Assembly (NCBI GenBank): GCA_963779755.1
Contig: CAVZZO010000001.1
Location: 64,001 to 128,000, forward strand
Length of the DNA stretch: 64,000 nt
Reading direction: 5' to 3'
Source: an uncultured Gemmatimonadales bacterium
Lineage (GTDB): Bacteria > Gemmatimonadota > Gemmatimonadetes > Gemmatimonadales > GWC2-71-9
The notes beneath the pieces were generated by a model. That model was not told where the DNA came from, searched no databases, and was given only the letters and a program-made list of their open reading frames with translations. A program made the position numbers and the translations under genes. This document shows, piece by piece, positions 35,749 through 46,004 of this stretch. How positions within the stretch are numbered: the stretch's first letter is position 1; the number at the start of each line of letters is the position of its first letter.

Positions 35749-37395
35749 ATGGTCTGCATCAAAAATCTGGCACTGCGTTCGTGCCTATTGCCGGTCCTCG
35801 CGCTCGCCGCTTGTGCCGGAAAATCCGACGGTGGCAACGGGCCCCAGGGCGGCACCCTGGCCCGGATCGTTCTGGTTCCGGGCAATCTGAATCTCGCTCC
35901 CGGCAGCCAGCAGTCGATCGTGGCTACCTGTCAGGATGCCCTGGGAGAGCCTTTCCCCTGCCCGAACCTCACCTGGGTCGTCACCGGCGGAACGCGCTCA
36001 GCATCCAGCTCGGCGGTCGATACGGCGGGCGTCTACGAGGCCGGACAGACCACGGGCACCTACAGCATCAAGGCCACGGCGGACACGCTCTCTGGCAGCG
36101 CGGCGGTAGTGATTGCCACCCCGGGCACCGGCGCCGCGGCCAATGTCACGCTGGATCCAAACCAGACTTTCCAGACGATCCATGGATGGGAAGCGACCCT
36201 CGCCAGCGATGCCGAGCAGTTGCTGGCTCCTGCCCGGGCCAAGGTGATCGCGTTCGCGGTCGACAGTCTGGGGCTGACACGCGTCCGCCTTCAGGCCCAG
36301 GGCAACATCATCGAGACCCGCGATTCCACCACTTATCCGCCCGAGAAGCGCCAGGCCACGAACGACAACAATGATCCCAGTGTGACCGATCTGTCACACT
36401 TCTATTTCGGACTGCTGGACAAGCAGGTGACGGACTGGGTCCTGCCCATCAGGGCCCGGGTGGAGAGTCACGGCGAGCCCTTCCTTCTGAACGTGTGTTA
36501 TGTCGGCTTCCAGCCCAGCACCCAGTTCCAGCAGAAGGATCCGGCAGAATATATCGAGTTCATGCTGACCGTCCTGCGGCACCTCAAGAACAGATTTGGC
36601 CTGGAACCCGACACCTGGGAGATCCGCCTCGAGCCCGATAACGGTTCCGGCGTTGGGCTGGTTCCGGCAGATCTGGCAGCGATCGTGGCTGCAGCGGGCC
36701 CCGCGGCCCGGGCCGCCGGCTTCAACAAGGTGAAATTCTCCGTGCCTTCAGTCGCTCGGCCGTCGCAGGCGCTGACCTGGCTCAATCCCATTCTCGCGAC
36801 ACCCGGGAATCTCCAGTACCTGAGCGAGGTGATCTACCACCGTTACGAATCGGGCATCACGACCGCCGAACTGAATGCCATTCGGACCGCCGCCGAGAAC
36901 AACGGGCTCACCACCGGCATGCTGGAACACATCGGCGCCGACTACAACGAGCTGCACCAGGACCTCAAGGTCGCCGACAACTCGGTCTGGGCACAGTACG
37001 TTCTCCAAGGTCCCTACGGCACGGACGACGGCGGCAAGCTGCTCAGATCCGACACCGTTGCCCAGACCTTCACCGTCGGCTCCCGCACGGGCGCCATTGC
37101 CCAGTATTGGCACTTCGTCCGGCCTGGGGCGGTCCGGATCGGAGCGACCTCCACTGCAACCGCCATCGATCCGCTGGCGTTCAAGCGGCCCGACGGCAAA
37201 TTCGTGGTAGTGGCCAGAACCACGGGGTCGGCGACCCTGACTGTCGGCGGCCTGGCCGCCGGGAGTTATCTCGTCACCTACACCACGTCCGCAGTCCGGA
37301 ACCACGTGGCGGGGGTCGTATCGGTAAGCGGCGGCCTCAACCTCCCAGCGTCCATACCGGCAGCCGGCGTGATCACCATCTCCCCCTATCCCTGA
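35749..37395 (+). CDS. Lipoprotein with Ig-like domain and GH30-like glycoside hydrolase domain
   Basis: Lipobox LAAC; FQTIHGW, LEPD, YHRY, MLEH, HFVRPGAVRI, LAFKRPDG..VVV. Confidence 0.7.
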   Translation: MVCIKNLALRSCLLPVLALAACAGKSDGGNGPQGGTLARIVLVPGNLNLAPGSQQSIVATCQDALGEPFPCPNLTWVVTGGTRSASSSAVDTAGVYEAGQTTGTYSIKATADTLSGSAAVVIATPGTGAAANVTLDPNQTFQTIHGWEATLASDAEQLLAPARAKVIAFAVDSLGLTRVRLQAQGNIIETRDSTTYPPEKRQATNDNNDPSVTDLSHFYFGLLDKQVTDWVLPIRARVESHGEPFLLNVCYVGFQPSTQFQQKDPAEYIEFMLTVLRHLKNRFGLEPDTWEIRLEPDNGSGVGLVPADLAAIVAAAGPAARAAGFNKVKFSVPSVARPSQALTWLNPILATPGNLQYLSEVIYHRYESGITTAELNAIRTAAENNGLTTGMLEHIGADYNELHQDLKVADNSVWAQYVLQGPYGTDDGGKLLRSDTVAQTFTVGSRTGAIAQYWHFVRPGAVRIGATSTATAIDPLAFKRPDGKFVVVARTTGSATLTVGGLAAGSYLVTYTTSAVRNHVAGVVSVSGGLNLPASIPAAGVITISPYP

Positions 37396-37451
37396 GGTCG
37401 GCAGACTCCCGCCCAGAGGCAGATCCCGCAGGTTTCAGACCAGGGCGGCGG

Positions 37452-39482
37452 CTACACCGCCGCCCCTTCCGGCTCCCAGGCGGTGATGTACCCCGCCAGC
37501 GCGCTCGCCGCCGTAGTGTAGGGGCTCGCCAGATACAGCTGCCCCGGCCCCGAGCGGCCCGGGAAGTTGCGGTTGATGGCGCTCACCGTCACCGTTTCGC
37601 GGTCGTAGGACACGCCGGGGCCGGCATTGATGCAGGCGCCGCACGAGGGCTCGATGATCTCCGCCCCCACCGCACGGAAGATGTCCACATAGCCCTGGCG
37701 CTCGGCATAGCGCTTCACATCCTGGCTGCCGAACTGGATATAAAATCGTACGCCCCCGTGCACCCGCTCGCCTCGTTCGGCCGCCTCGCGCAACACCCGG
37801 GCGTACATGTCCATGTCTTCCTTCTTGCCTGCCGTACAGCTGCCGGCATAGGCGATATCGACCTTCACCTCGCTGCCCAGCTCGGTAATGAAGAGCCCGT
37901 TGCCCGGATCGCCGGGCAGCGCGATCATCGGCTGCAGCCCCGCGGCATCGATGTCGATCACCGTCTCGTACCCGGCGCCCGGGTCGGATACCAGGCCCTC
38001 CATGGCGCGCCGCACCTCGGACTCGTCGATGCCCCGCTCGCGCACCAGGAATTCCACGTTCTTGTCGTCCGGCTGAATGATGCCGGTAAAAGCGCCCACT
38101 TCCGCCGCCATGTTGGTCATGGTGGCGCGCTCGTCGATAGAGAGCGCCTGCACCGCCTCGCCGGCGTATTCCACGATCTGGCCGATGGCCTGCCCGCTCT
38201 TCACATAGGGGTGGCGCAGGATCTGGAGCATGAAATCCTTGGCCGTCACGTTGGCGGGTTTGCGCCCGTTGACCCGGATGAGCACCGAGCGCGGAACGGT
38301 GATCCGCACGTCCCGGGTGAGCCAGGAGTTGAAGATGGCCGTGGTCCCCACGCCGAACGCGAACGCGCCCATGGCGCCGCTGTGCGGTGTATGGCTGTCG
38401 CTGCCGATGATGACCTGCCCCGGCAGCGCGTGTTGCTCCAGCATCTTCGAGTGGCAGATGGCCTCGCTGCCGGTGGCCAGCATGTTGGGCCCCAGGCGGG
38501 GCAGCTCGCCGTAGAGCCTGATGCCCTGCTCGGCGGCGAATTCTTCCTGCTTCTTCTTGAGCTCGAGCGCGACATCGAGCAGGCCCTCGGCCTTGCGCGC
38601 ATCCGTCATGGCCAGCTCGAGGAACGTCAGATGGTCGCGGAAGAAGAAAATCGAGGCGGGATCCACGACCTTCTCGTGCTCGCCCACATGATCGCGCCAG
38701 AAAATGGCGGACATGGGGGTCACATACTCGTGGCTGAAGCGGATGTCGGTGCGGATGAAGCCCTCGTCGCCGGGTTTGACCGCCGGCACGCCGACTTTTT
38801 CTTCCGCCAGGCTGGTAACCCAATGGCGCGCGATGATCTTCTCCGCCAGGGTCATGGGCCGCGCAGGCGTGCCGGGCAGGGGCACCCGGATCTTCCCCTG
38901 CAGGCGGGCCACATTGTACTGGAACAGGCCGCCGTGCTCGATGATGCCCCGGGTGATTTCGCCTTCGCCGCGGGTGAAGGTGTCGAGCGGAATGTCCTCC
39001 CCCGCCCGGATCCGGTCGATCAGGGAAAAATCGGTGCTGGTGAAGATGCCCAGGTTCTGGCAGTTCTCCCGGTAGATCCGCTCGATATTCTCGGCGATCA
39101 CCAGGCGGATCCCCGCCATCATCTCCGCATAGGGCGATTGCTCGCGGCTCGACCCCTTGCCCCGCCGCTTGCCGCTGACCGACACCGCGAAGCCGCCCTG
39201 CCTGACCGAGCCGCGGGTGATGGGAAACTCGTCGCCCGCCTTGAGGCCCAGATAGGGGAATTCGCCCAGCGTCTCGTCGTAGTAGTAGCAGATGTAGGCG
39301 GGAGTGATCTCGTCCGTGCTGATGTTGTCGCGCAGCTTCATCGCCGGATCGCGGGGCAGGTCTTCACCCGCCAGCTGGCGGCGAAGCAACTCCGGATCCT
39401 CGGTGAGAAACAGCACCCGGCCCTCGAACCGGAGCCGGTCGGGAAGTCGGGGCGTTGGTCTGGTCTTGAGGCTGTCCGGCAT
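37452..39482 (-). CDS. Aconitase-family dehydratase, swivel domain fused N-terminal to the Fe-S domain (LeuD-LeuC order)
   Basis: DNISTDEITP and GKGSSREQ first, then MTLAEKI, GSDSHT, GSCT, PSCGAC, NRNFPGR, YLASP; GAGGGAG before ATG 39482. Confidence 0.9.
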   Translation of the reverse strand: MPDSLKTRPTPRLPDRLRFEGRVLFLTEDPELLRRQLAGEDLPRDPAMKLRDNISTDEITPAYICYYYDETLGEFPYLGLKAGDEFPITRGSVRQGGFAVSVSGKRRGKGSSREQSPYAEMMAGIRLVIAENIERIYRENCQNLGIFTSTDFSLIDRIRAGEDIPLDTFTRGEGEITRGIIEHGGLFQYNVARLQGKIRVPLPGTPARPMTLAEKIIARHWVTSLAEEKVGVPAVKPGDEGFIRTDIRFSHEYVTPMSAIFWRDHVGEHEKVVDPASIFFFRDHLTFLELAMTDARKAEGLLDVALELKKKQEEFAAEQGIRLYGELPRLGPNMLATGSEAICHSKMLEQHALPGQVIIGSDSHTPHSGAMGAFAFGVGTTAIFNSWLTRDVRITVPRSVLIRVNGRKPANVTAKDFMLQILRHPYVKSGQAIGQIVEYAGEAVQALSIDERATMTNMAAEVGAFTGIIQPDDKNVEFLVRERGIDESEVRRAMEGLVSDPGAGYETVIDIDAAGLQPMIALPGDPGNGLFITELGSEVKVDIAYAGSCTAGKKEDMDMYARVLREAAERGERVHGGVRFYIQFGSQDVKRYAERQGYVDIFRAVGAEIIEPSCGACINAGPGVSYDRETVTVSAINRNFPGRSGPGQLYLASPYTTAASALAGYITAWEPEGAAV

Positions 39483-39574
39483 GGCTCCCTCGCTCCTGGA
39501 TTTCGAATAATGGACGGGAAGGCGCGCGAGGGGCAAGCATTGGTGCGCCCACCGCCTCCCGCTAGCATTCCACC

Positions 39575-40450
39575 ATGCTGCGTGCCATTCCGCTTACGCT
39601 CGCCGGCCTGCTTCCGTCCCTGCTGGCCGCCCAGACCAGCGCGCCCGCCCGCCAGACCGGCACCTTCCAGGATCCCCGCCTGACCGAGAGCTCGGCCGCC
39701 GTGGCGGGGAGCCGGCCCGGCACCTTCTGGACGCTGAACGACAGCGGCAATGATCCCATCATCTACCTGAGCGACACCACTGGGGCCGCGCTGGGCGCGT
39801 GGCGGGTGACCGGCGCCGGCAATACCGACTGGGAGGCCCTGGGAGCCGGCCGCTGTGGTCCCCGGCGCTGTCTCTATATCGGCGACACGGGCGACAACCG
39901 GGAACGGCGGAGCACGGTGCGGATCTATCGGGTCCCCGAGCCCTCCGGGGGGCCGGCTGGCCGCACCGGCCGGACCGCGCGAGCCGACAGCCTCCGATTC
40001 CGCTATGCCGACGGCCCGCACGATGTCGAAGCCCTGGCGGTTCCGGCGCCCGATACCATCCTGCTCATCACCAAGGGCCGGAGCGGGGGTGTGTGGCTCT
40101 TTCGCCTGACGGGCTTCCACTGGAACGGCAGGGCAGCGGCCGTGGCACAGCCGGTGGAGCAGCTGCCCATCGCCGGCGGCCCGGGCTACGTCAACCAGGT
40201 GACCGATGCGTCGCTGGATTCCACCGGCACCCGCCTGGCGGTGCGGACCTACGGCTACCTCTACTTCTTTATACGGGGGACGCAGGGCCTCCAGCCCGAC
40301 CCGGCCCACCCGGTCTGCGACATCCGCGGGCTGGAGCCGCAGGGCGAAGGCCTCGCCTGGTGGCACCCCGGCAACCGGCTGCTGCTCACCAGTGAACAGG
40401 CAGGCCCCCTGGGCCGGACGATCTATCTCGTGTCCTGCTCCGCGCCATGA
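39575..40450 (+). CDS. Secreted uncharacterised protein, probable beta-propeller
   Basis: Signal peptide; ESS, NDSG, DWEA, IGDTGDN, DVEAL, RTY, QGEG motifs. Confidence 0.7.
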   Translation: MLRAIPLTLAGLLPSLLAAQTSAPARQTGTFQDPRLTESSAAVAGSRPGTFWTLNDSGNDPIIYLSDTTGAALGAWRVTGAGNTDWEALGAGRCGPRRCLYIGDTGDNRERRSTVRIYRVPEPSGGPAGRTGRTARADSLRFRYADGPHDVEALAVPAPDTILLITKGRSGGVWLFRLTGFHWNGRAAAVAQPVEQLPIAGGPGYVNQVTDASLDSTGTRLAVRTYGYLYFFIRGTQGLQPDPAHPVCDIRGLEPQGEGLAWWHPGNRLLLTSEQAGPLGRTIYLVSCSAP

Positions 40451-41361
40451 TGCGTACCCGACGCCAGACCCTGGTGCTGCTGGGCCTGGGCATGCTGGTC
40501 CTGTTGCTGCTGGACCGTCCCCACCTCCACGAGCCCGCCCATGAGGCATCCTGGCTCCGGGCGGGAGACTCCTGGGTGCGCACCATCCAGGGCGGCTGGA
40601 GCGAGCATCCAACCGTCGTGCTGCTGCACGGCTACGGCGAGAGCCTGGTGGCCTGGCGCGGCGTGTTCGACCAGCTCACCGGCCGCTATCATGTCGTGGC
40701 GCTCGACCTCCCGGGGTCGGGAGAGAGCGAAAAGCCGGACTCGGGCTATTCCCTGCCGGACATGACCGGCCGGCTGAAAGACTTTCTCACCCGCAATACC
40801 GAAGGGCCGCTCTTCCTGGTGGGACACTCGATGGGCGGGGAGCTGGCCGCGTCGCTGGCCCTGGCCATGCCACGCCGGGTGCGCGCGCTGGTGCTGATCG
40901 CCCCCGCCGGGTACGATCTGGCGGGAGGGCTGGCCGACGGCGGCGTCAGTCCCGCACAGCAGACCTTGGCGGGGTGGGCCCTGACCGCGCGATCGCATCT
41001 CATCCCCGACCGCGATCCCGCGTGGGTGCGCGATCCGGCTGAAATCAGCGAGCGCGACCGCTCCGACACGGCCTATCGGCGGGCCATGGAAGCGACGCTG
41101 CGCGAATTCGATTTCCGGGCATTGCGCGGCCGGCTGGCGGAGATCCGGCAGCCGACTCTGCTCATCTGGGGCCGGCTGGATCCGCTCATTCCCTACCGGG
41201 TGGGCGGCGAGATCCGGCGGCAGATTCCCTGCGCCGGGATGGTCACCCTCGACAACGCCTGGCACCGCCCGCACGTGGAGCAGCCGGACGAGGTCGCGGC
41301 CGCCGTGCTGCGCTTTCTCCGGGCACCGCGCCGCGTCTGCACTCACGCCAATCCATCCTGA
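40447..41361 (+). CDS. Alpha/beta hydrolase, membrane anchored
   Basis: LLHGY, DLPGSGES, GHSMGG, WGRLD, HRPHVE. Confidence 0.9.
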   Translation: MMRTRRQTLVLLGLGMLVLLLLDRPHLHEPAHEASWLRAGDSWVRTIQGGWSEHPTVVLLHGYGESLVAWRGVFDQLTGRYHVVALDLPGSGESEKPDSGYSLPDMTGRLKDFLTRNTEGPLFLVGHSMGGELAASLALAMPRRVRALVLIAPAGYDLAGGLADGGVSPAQQTLAGWALTARSHLIPDRDPAWVRDPAEISERDRSDTAYRRAMEATLREFDFRALRGRLAEIRQPTLLIWGRLDPLIPYRVGGEIRRQIPCAGMVTLDNAWHRPHVEQPDEVAAAVLRFLRAPRRVCTHANPS

Positions 41362-41377
41362 ACCCGAGGTACCCGAT

Positions 41378-42997
41378 ATGCTTCGCCGCTGGAGTGTTCT
41401 GGCGCTCGCGCTCCTCCCCGCCATCCTGCAGGCGCAGGGGCCTGCGGCCGCCACCCGGCTGGCCAACGCGGCGGACAGCAACGTCATGTGGGCCCACCTG
41501 CGTTTCCTCTCCAGCGACCTGCTGGAGGGGCGCGCCCCGGGCACGCGCGGCGGGGAAATTGCCGCGCACTATATCGCCGCCCAGTTCGAGCGGCTGGGCC
41601 TGGAGCCCGCCGGCGACAGCGGCACGTATTATCACCGGGTCCCGGTCATCTCCCTGACACCCACGCCGACCCTCGTGGCCGGCGGCGATACGCTGGGCTA
41701 TCGCCACGATTATGTGCTCTGGTCCATGCGCAATGACCCCCGGGTCCAGGTGTCGGGCAACATGGTGTTCGTCGGCTACGGCATCGTGGCGCCGGAGTAC
41801 GGGTGGAACGACTACCAGGGAGTGGACGTGAAGGGAAAGATCGTTCTCATGCTGGTGAACGATCCCGGTCTGCGCGACTCCTCTATTTTCCGGGGGAAGA
41901 TCCTCACCTATTACGGCCGCTGGACTTACAAGATCGAAGAAGCGGCGCGGCAGGGCGCCGCCGGCATCCTGCTGGTCCACACCACCGAGAGCGCCACCTA
42001 CCCCTGGAGCACCGTGACATCTTCCTGGACCGGGGCGCAGGTCCGCCTGGAGGAACCCGCCACCTCGCTGGTAGCAGCCGGGTGGCTTACCCGGGACGCG
42101 GCGGCCGCGCTGCTGCGGGGCGACGGCAAGGACCTGGACCAGCTGATGGACCAGGCCGGCCACCAAGGGTTCCGCCCCGTGCCGGTCAACGTGCAGGTGA
42201 GCGCAACGGTGCGCAGCGCCATCACCCGCACGGCCACCGAGAACGTGGTGGCGCGGTACCCCGGGCGCGGGCGGCATGCCGGCGATGCCGTCCTGATCGG
42301 CGGGCATTACGATCACCTGGGCATCCGTGGGCCCGTCAACGGCGATTCGATCTACAACGGAGCGGAAGACAATGCCTCCGGCACTGCGGCAGTGCTCACG
42401 GCCGCCGAGGCCGCGGTTCGCAGCGGGGTGCGGCTCCCCCGGTCGCTGGTCTTCATCGCGTTCGCGGCCGAGGAGTCGGGCCTGCTGGGCAGTGAGGCCT
42501 ACGCCGCCCGGCCCACGATTGCCCCCGCGCATCTCGCCGCCGCACTCAACGTGGACGTGATGAACCTCTACGGCCAGACCCGCGACATCTCGGCGCTGGG
42601 CCTGGACCAGAGCTCCCTGGGCGGCCTCTTCCGCCGGGCGGCGCGAGAGGAAGGCCTGCGAGTTACCGTAAACCAGAAAGCCCTGCTGCAGGGATCCTTC
42701 TTCCGTTCGGATCACTTCTCACTGGTCAAGATCGGCGTGCCGGCGCTTTCACTGGAAAGCGGACTGGACTATGTGGGCCGCCCCCGGGGCTGGGGCGAGG
42801 AACAGCACGAGAAGTACACGGCGGAGCGCTATCACCAGCCCGGCGATGAAATTCTGCCCTGGTTCACCACGGCCGGCGCGATGCAGCAGATCCGGGTGAT
42901 TCTGCGGACGGCCGCCCTGGTCGCCCAGCAACCCGGCCAGCCCAGCTGGAACGCGGGCTCGGAATTCCGCGCGGCCGGCGAGGCGCGGGTCCACTGA
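41378..42997 (+). CDS. M28 family metallopeptidase with PA domain
   Basis: LEGRAPGT, FVGYGI, HYDHLG, NGAEDNASG, AEESGLLGS, RSDHF, YHQPGD. Confidence 0.93.
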   Translation: MLRRWSVLALALLPAILQAQGPAAATRLANAADSNVMWAHLRFLSSDLLEGRAPGTRGGEIAAHYIAAQFERLGLEPAGDSGTYYHRVPVISLTPTPTLVAGGDTLGYRHDYVLWSMRNDPRVQVSGNMVFVGYGIVAPEYGWNDYQGVDVKGKIVLMLVNDPGLRDSSIFRGKILTYYGRWTYKIEEAARQGAAGILLVHTTESATYPWSTVTSSWTGAQVRLEEPATSLVAAGWLTRDAAAALLRGDGKDLDQLMDQAGHQGFRPVPVNVQVSATVRSAITRTATENVVARYPGRGRHAGDAVLIGGHYDHLGIRGPVNGDSIYNGAEDNASGTAAVLTAAEAAVRSGVRLPRSLVFIAFAAEESGLLGSEAYAARPTIAPAHLAAALNVDVMNLYGQTRDISALGLDQSSLGGLFRRAAREEGLRVTVNQKALLQGSFFRSDHFSLVKIGVPALSLESGLDYVGRPRGWGEEQHEKYTAERYHQPGDEILPWFTTAGAMQQIRVILRTAALVAQQPGQPSWNAGSEFRAAGEARVH

Positions 42998-43035
42998 CGG
43001 GCACCGTCCCGGGGCGCGACCATCCCCGCCCCATC

Positions 43036-43971
43036 GTGGTGGTGAGCGAATGCCTCGAGTTGGCCGCCTGCCGCTATAACGCGCAGCGCATCCGGGCACC
43101 GCTCATCACGGCCCTGGCCCGTTGGGCCGAGCTGCGACCCATCTGCCCTGAGGTGGGGGTCGGCCTCGGCGTACCGCGCGATCCCGTCCGGCTGGTTCGC
43201 CGGGAAGAGCGGATGTACTTGATCCAGCCCAGCACGGGCCGGGACCTGACCACCGATATGGAGCGGTTCAGCTCCACATTTCTCGCCCGACAGGTGGATG
43301 CCGACGGTTTCATCCTGAAGAGCCGCTCGCCATCCTGCGGCATCAAAGACACCAAAGTCTATGCCGGCCCCGACGCCGAGCAGCCCGGGGGCCGGGGCAC
43401 GGGCCTGTTTGGGGAAGCCGTCCTGACGCGCTTCCCTCATGCCGCGGTAGAGGATGAGGGGCGACTCACCAATTTCCAGCTGCGCCACCACTTCCTGGTA
43501 AAGTTGTTCACCCGGGCGCGCTTTCGTGCGCTCCGCGCCGAGGGCGACGCCCGGCGACTGACCGAATTTCAGGCTCGCCACAAGCTGCAGTTCATGGCGC
43601 TGAACCAGGAGACCATGCGCGCCCTGGGCCGGGTGGCCGCCCGCGCGGGCTCCCGTCCTCCAGACGAACTGTTCCCGGAATACGAGGCCGCCCTGGCCCG
43701 CGCCCTGGCTGCCCCGGCCCGGCGCGGAGGGATCATCAACGTGCTGCAGCACGCATTCGGGTACTTCTCGGATGACCTGGGCGCGGCGGAGAAGCGCCAC
43801 TTCCTGCACCTCTTGGAGCAATTCAGGGAGCGACAAATCACGCTGGCCGCCCCCCTCGCCCTGCTCCAGTCCTGGACCCATCGCTTTGGCCAGACCTATC
43901 TGGCCGCCCAGACCTTCCTTGAGCCCTACCCTCAACCCCTCATGGATCTTCACGATACAGGAAAGGACTGA
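43036..43971 (+). CDS. DUF523 (TudS)-DUF1722 fusion, YbgA/RudS-like Fe-S thiouracil/thiouridine desulfidase
   Basis: SECL...CRY, CPEVGVGLGVPR, KSRSPSCG, EDEGRL, NVLQHAFGYF, YLAAQTFLEPYP. May start at CTG 42994. Confidence 0.88.
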   Translation: MVVSECLELAACRYNAQRIRAPLITALARWAELRPICPEVGVGLGVPRDPVRLVRREERMYLIQPSTGRDLTTDMERFSSTFLARQVDADGFILKSRSPSCGIKDTKVYAGPDAEQPGGRGTGLFGEAVLTRFPHAAVEDEGRLTNFQLRHHFLVKLFTRARFRALRAEGDARRLTEFQARHKLQFMALNQETMRALGRVAARAGSRPPDELFPEYEAALARALAAPARRGGIINVLQHAFGYFSDDLGAAEKRHFLHLLEQFRERQITLAAPLALLQSWTHRFGQTYLAAQTFLEPYPQPLMDLHDTGKD

Positions 43972-44118
43972 CAGAAGGTTCCATTGTGCAACAAAAAGGG
44001 CAGGTTCAATATGAAAAGTGTCTGAAACAGGCGCTTTCCTCTGGTTGGCGCGCCCCGCCCGGTGTATGTTTGCCGCCATTCAAGCTGCCACAAATCCGGA
44101 CACCTTCCAGGAGCGATT

Positions 44119-45225
44119 CTGGACCTCCCCAACGCTCACCGGATTCCCCTGACTTGGCTGTTGCAGCATACAGGGGCCTCCATCCGGTATCGGACGCTGG
44201 CAGAACTGGCGCCACCGGGCTATGTCGGGCCGGAGGATGTCGAGGCCGCCCATGCGGCAGTGGTGGAGTTCAAACCGGCAGCAACGGTGGCCAAGAAGCA
44301 GAGAGACAACGGTGTGTGGTCGGGCAATCTGCTCGGCTTGGCCCCAGCAGCTGCACAGGGTATCAAAGATGTCGGGACGGTGGCGCAATACCGGCGCCTT
44401 CTCCAGTTAGGCTATCCGCACGAGTCCCGGCCCTTCAAGCTTAGTGACCGTCTCCTGTTCCGGCTGCTCAGCCGGGATGAGAGCCCCGAGTTGCTGTTCG
44501 AGTATCAGAAGCTGGTCAAGGGGGAGCCCCTGGCGGGCGAATGGGTGCGGAGTCTGACGCGCGAGGCGGCGACCGCCGCGCTGGCCGAGTCGGGGCACCT
44601 GGAAGACCCGCGGGTGCGGGGCTCCGCGCACCGGGTCGCCAGCACGGTATCCCATTTCCTGCGCAGCCCCATGGCGGAGAAGCCGTTCATCCGCTCCGGC
44701 AGCCAGACCGTACTGCACCCGGAGGCAACCCCGCCGAGCTGGTATTCGGTGGCGATGATCGCGGCAATGCCTAACCTGCAGCGGGAGCGGGCAGGATTCA
44801 CCGAGCGGCTGGGGCACTACCTGGCCCAACCGGCGCCCAAAAAGACCTACGCCGTGAAGCTGGGGAAGCGCTCGGTCAAACCGCAGTACCTGCTGCTGGG
44901 CGACCCCATCGAGGCCGATTCCAGGGGCCAGGCGAAGGACATTCCCCTGGCCCTGCTTTTCATCGAGCTGCTCGCCCGGCTGGGTGCCCTGCACACTGCT
45001 CCGGTCGCGACCCGGGTCCTCGCGCGGCTGCTCAAGGATTGCGACGACCAGGGCGTCTGGCATCCGAAGAACCTGCGCTCCCAGCCCAAGGTCACCAACA
45101 AGGCCGCCTATCATTACTGGCCGCTGGAGCCAGACAGCAAACAGGTCGAGTCCAAGCAGGCCGATGTCACCTTCCGGCTGGCCCTGATCGCGAAGCTGCT
45201 GGGCTGGGAAGTGAGCTATAGCTAG
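44119..45225 (+). CDS. Uncharacterised helical protein
   Basis: Long ORF with coding-like codon use; QRDNGVW and DDQGVW resemble QW repeats of alpha/alpha barrels; AGGAG precedes CTG 44119 (ORF track start is 44062). Confidence 0.7.
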   Translation: MDLPNAHRIPLTWLLQHTGASIRYRTLAELAPPGYVGPEDVEAAHAAVVEFKPAATVAKKQRDNGVWSGNLLGLAPAAAQGIKDVGTVAQYRRLLQLGYPHESRPFKLSDRLLFRLLSRDESPELLFEYQKLVKGEPLAGEWVRSLTREAATAALAESGHLEDPRVRGSAHRVASTVSHFLRSPMAEKPFIRSGSQTVLHPEATPPSWYSVAMIAAMPNLQRERAGFTERLGHYLAQPAPKKTYAVKLGKRSVKPQYLLLGDPIEADSRGQAKDIPLALLFIELLARLGALHTAPVATRVLARLLKDCDDQGVWHPKNLRSQPKVTNKAAYHYWPLEPDSKQVESKQADVTFRLALIAKLLGWEVSYS

Positions 45226-45317
45226 GGCGGCGAGCGGCAGGGCTTTACCATCTGATTGCCCAGTCTCTGACCTGACCACCCTCTTGCGGCAGCGCAGGTA
45301 GTTTCCAATACTACTAC

Positions 45318-46004
45318 GTGCCTTCCCCAGACCTTACGCCGTTCGGGTTCACCCCCACGGAAAGCCGGATGTACGAGGTGCTCCTGCTGCAGGGGCCCGG
45401 GACAGGCTATGCCGTGGCCCGGCGGGCGAATCTGGCGCGAGCCAATGCCTACGCAGCGCTGGAGGGGCTGGTCACCAAGGGAGCGGCCAGGCGGGACGAG
45501 GGCCGAGCGGCGCAGTACCGGGCCGAGCCGCCCGGCGTGCTGCTGGCTCGGGTGACCCAGCGGCAGAGCAGCGCATTGGAGCAGTTGCGGGACGCGCTGG
45601 CGGACGCGGGCACCCGGGAATCGCCGGCGGTAGTAGAGGTCAGATCGCCCCGGGGGGCGCTGCAGCTTCTTTCCCATGACATCGCGCGGGCCGGCCGCAG
45701 CGTCCATCTGCTGGCGCCGGCGGATGCTTTTCCGCTGCTGGCCCCGGTCCTCCGTCGGGCGGTTGCCCAGTCGCTGGAGCTGCGGCTCCTCGCTCCGTCG
45801 CCGGTGGCAATCGATTTCGTTTCTGTGGCGGTGCCGGCCGTCTCGCCCGGCTGGCCTGGCGAGCCGCTCCTGTCCATCGTGGATGACGCCATCGCCCTGA
45901 TAGCGGCCCGCCAGGAGGCCCGGGTCGCGGGACACTGGACCACCGCGCCGGTTCTGGTGGCGGCGGCCCGCCGCGCGTTCGACCAATGGGGGGCCCATCC
46001 ATGA
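45318..46004 (+). CDS. TrmB-family transcriptional regulator
   Basis: FGFTPTESRMYEVLL..GP.TGYAVAR...LARANAYAALEGLV.KG wHTH; C-terminal effector-like domain. Confidence 0.85.
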   Translation: MPSPDLTPFGFTPTESRMYEVLLLQGPGTGYAVARRANLARANAYAALEGLVTKGAARRDEGRAAQYRAEPPGVLLARVTQRQSSALEQLRDALADAGTRESPAVVEVRSPRGALQLLSHDIARAGRSVHLLAPADAFPLLAPVLRRAVAQSLELRLLAPSPVAIDFVSVAVPAVSPGWPGEPLLSIVDDAIALIAARQEARVAGHWTTAPVLVAAARRAFDQWGAHP

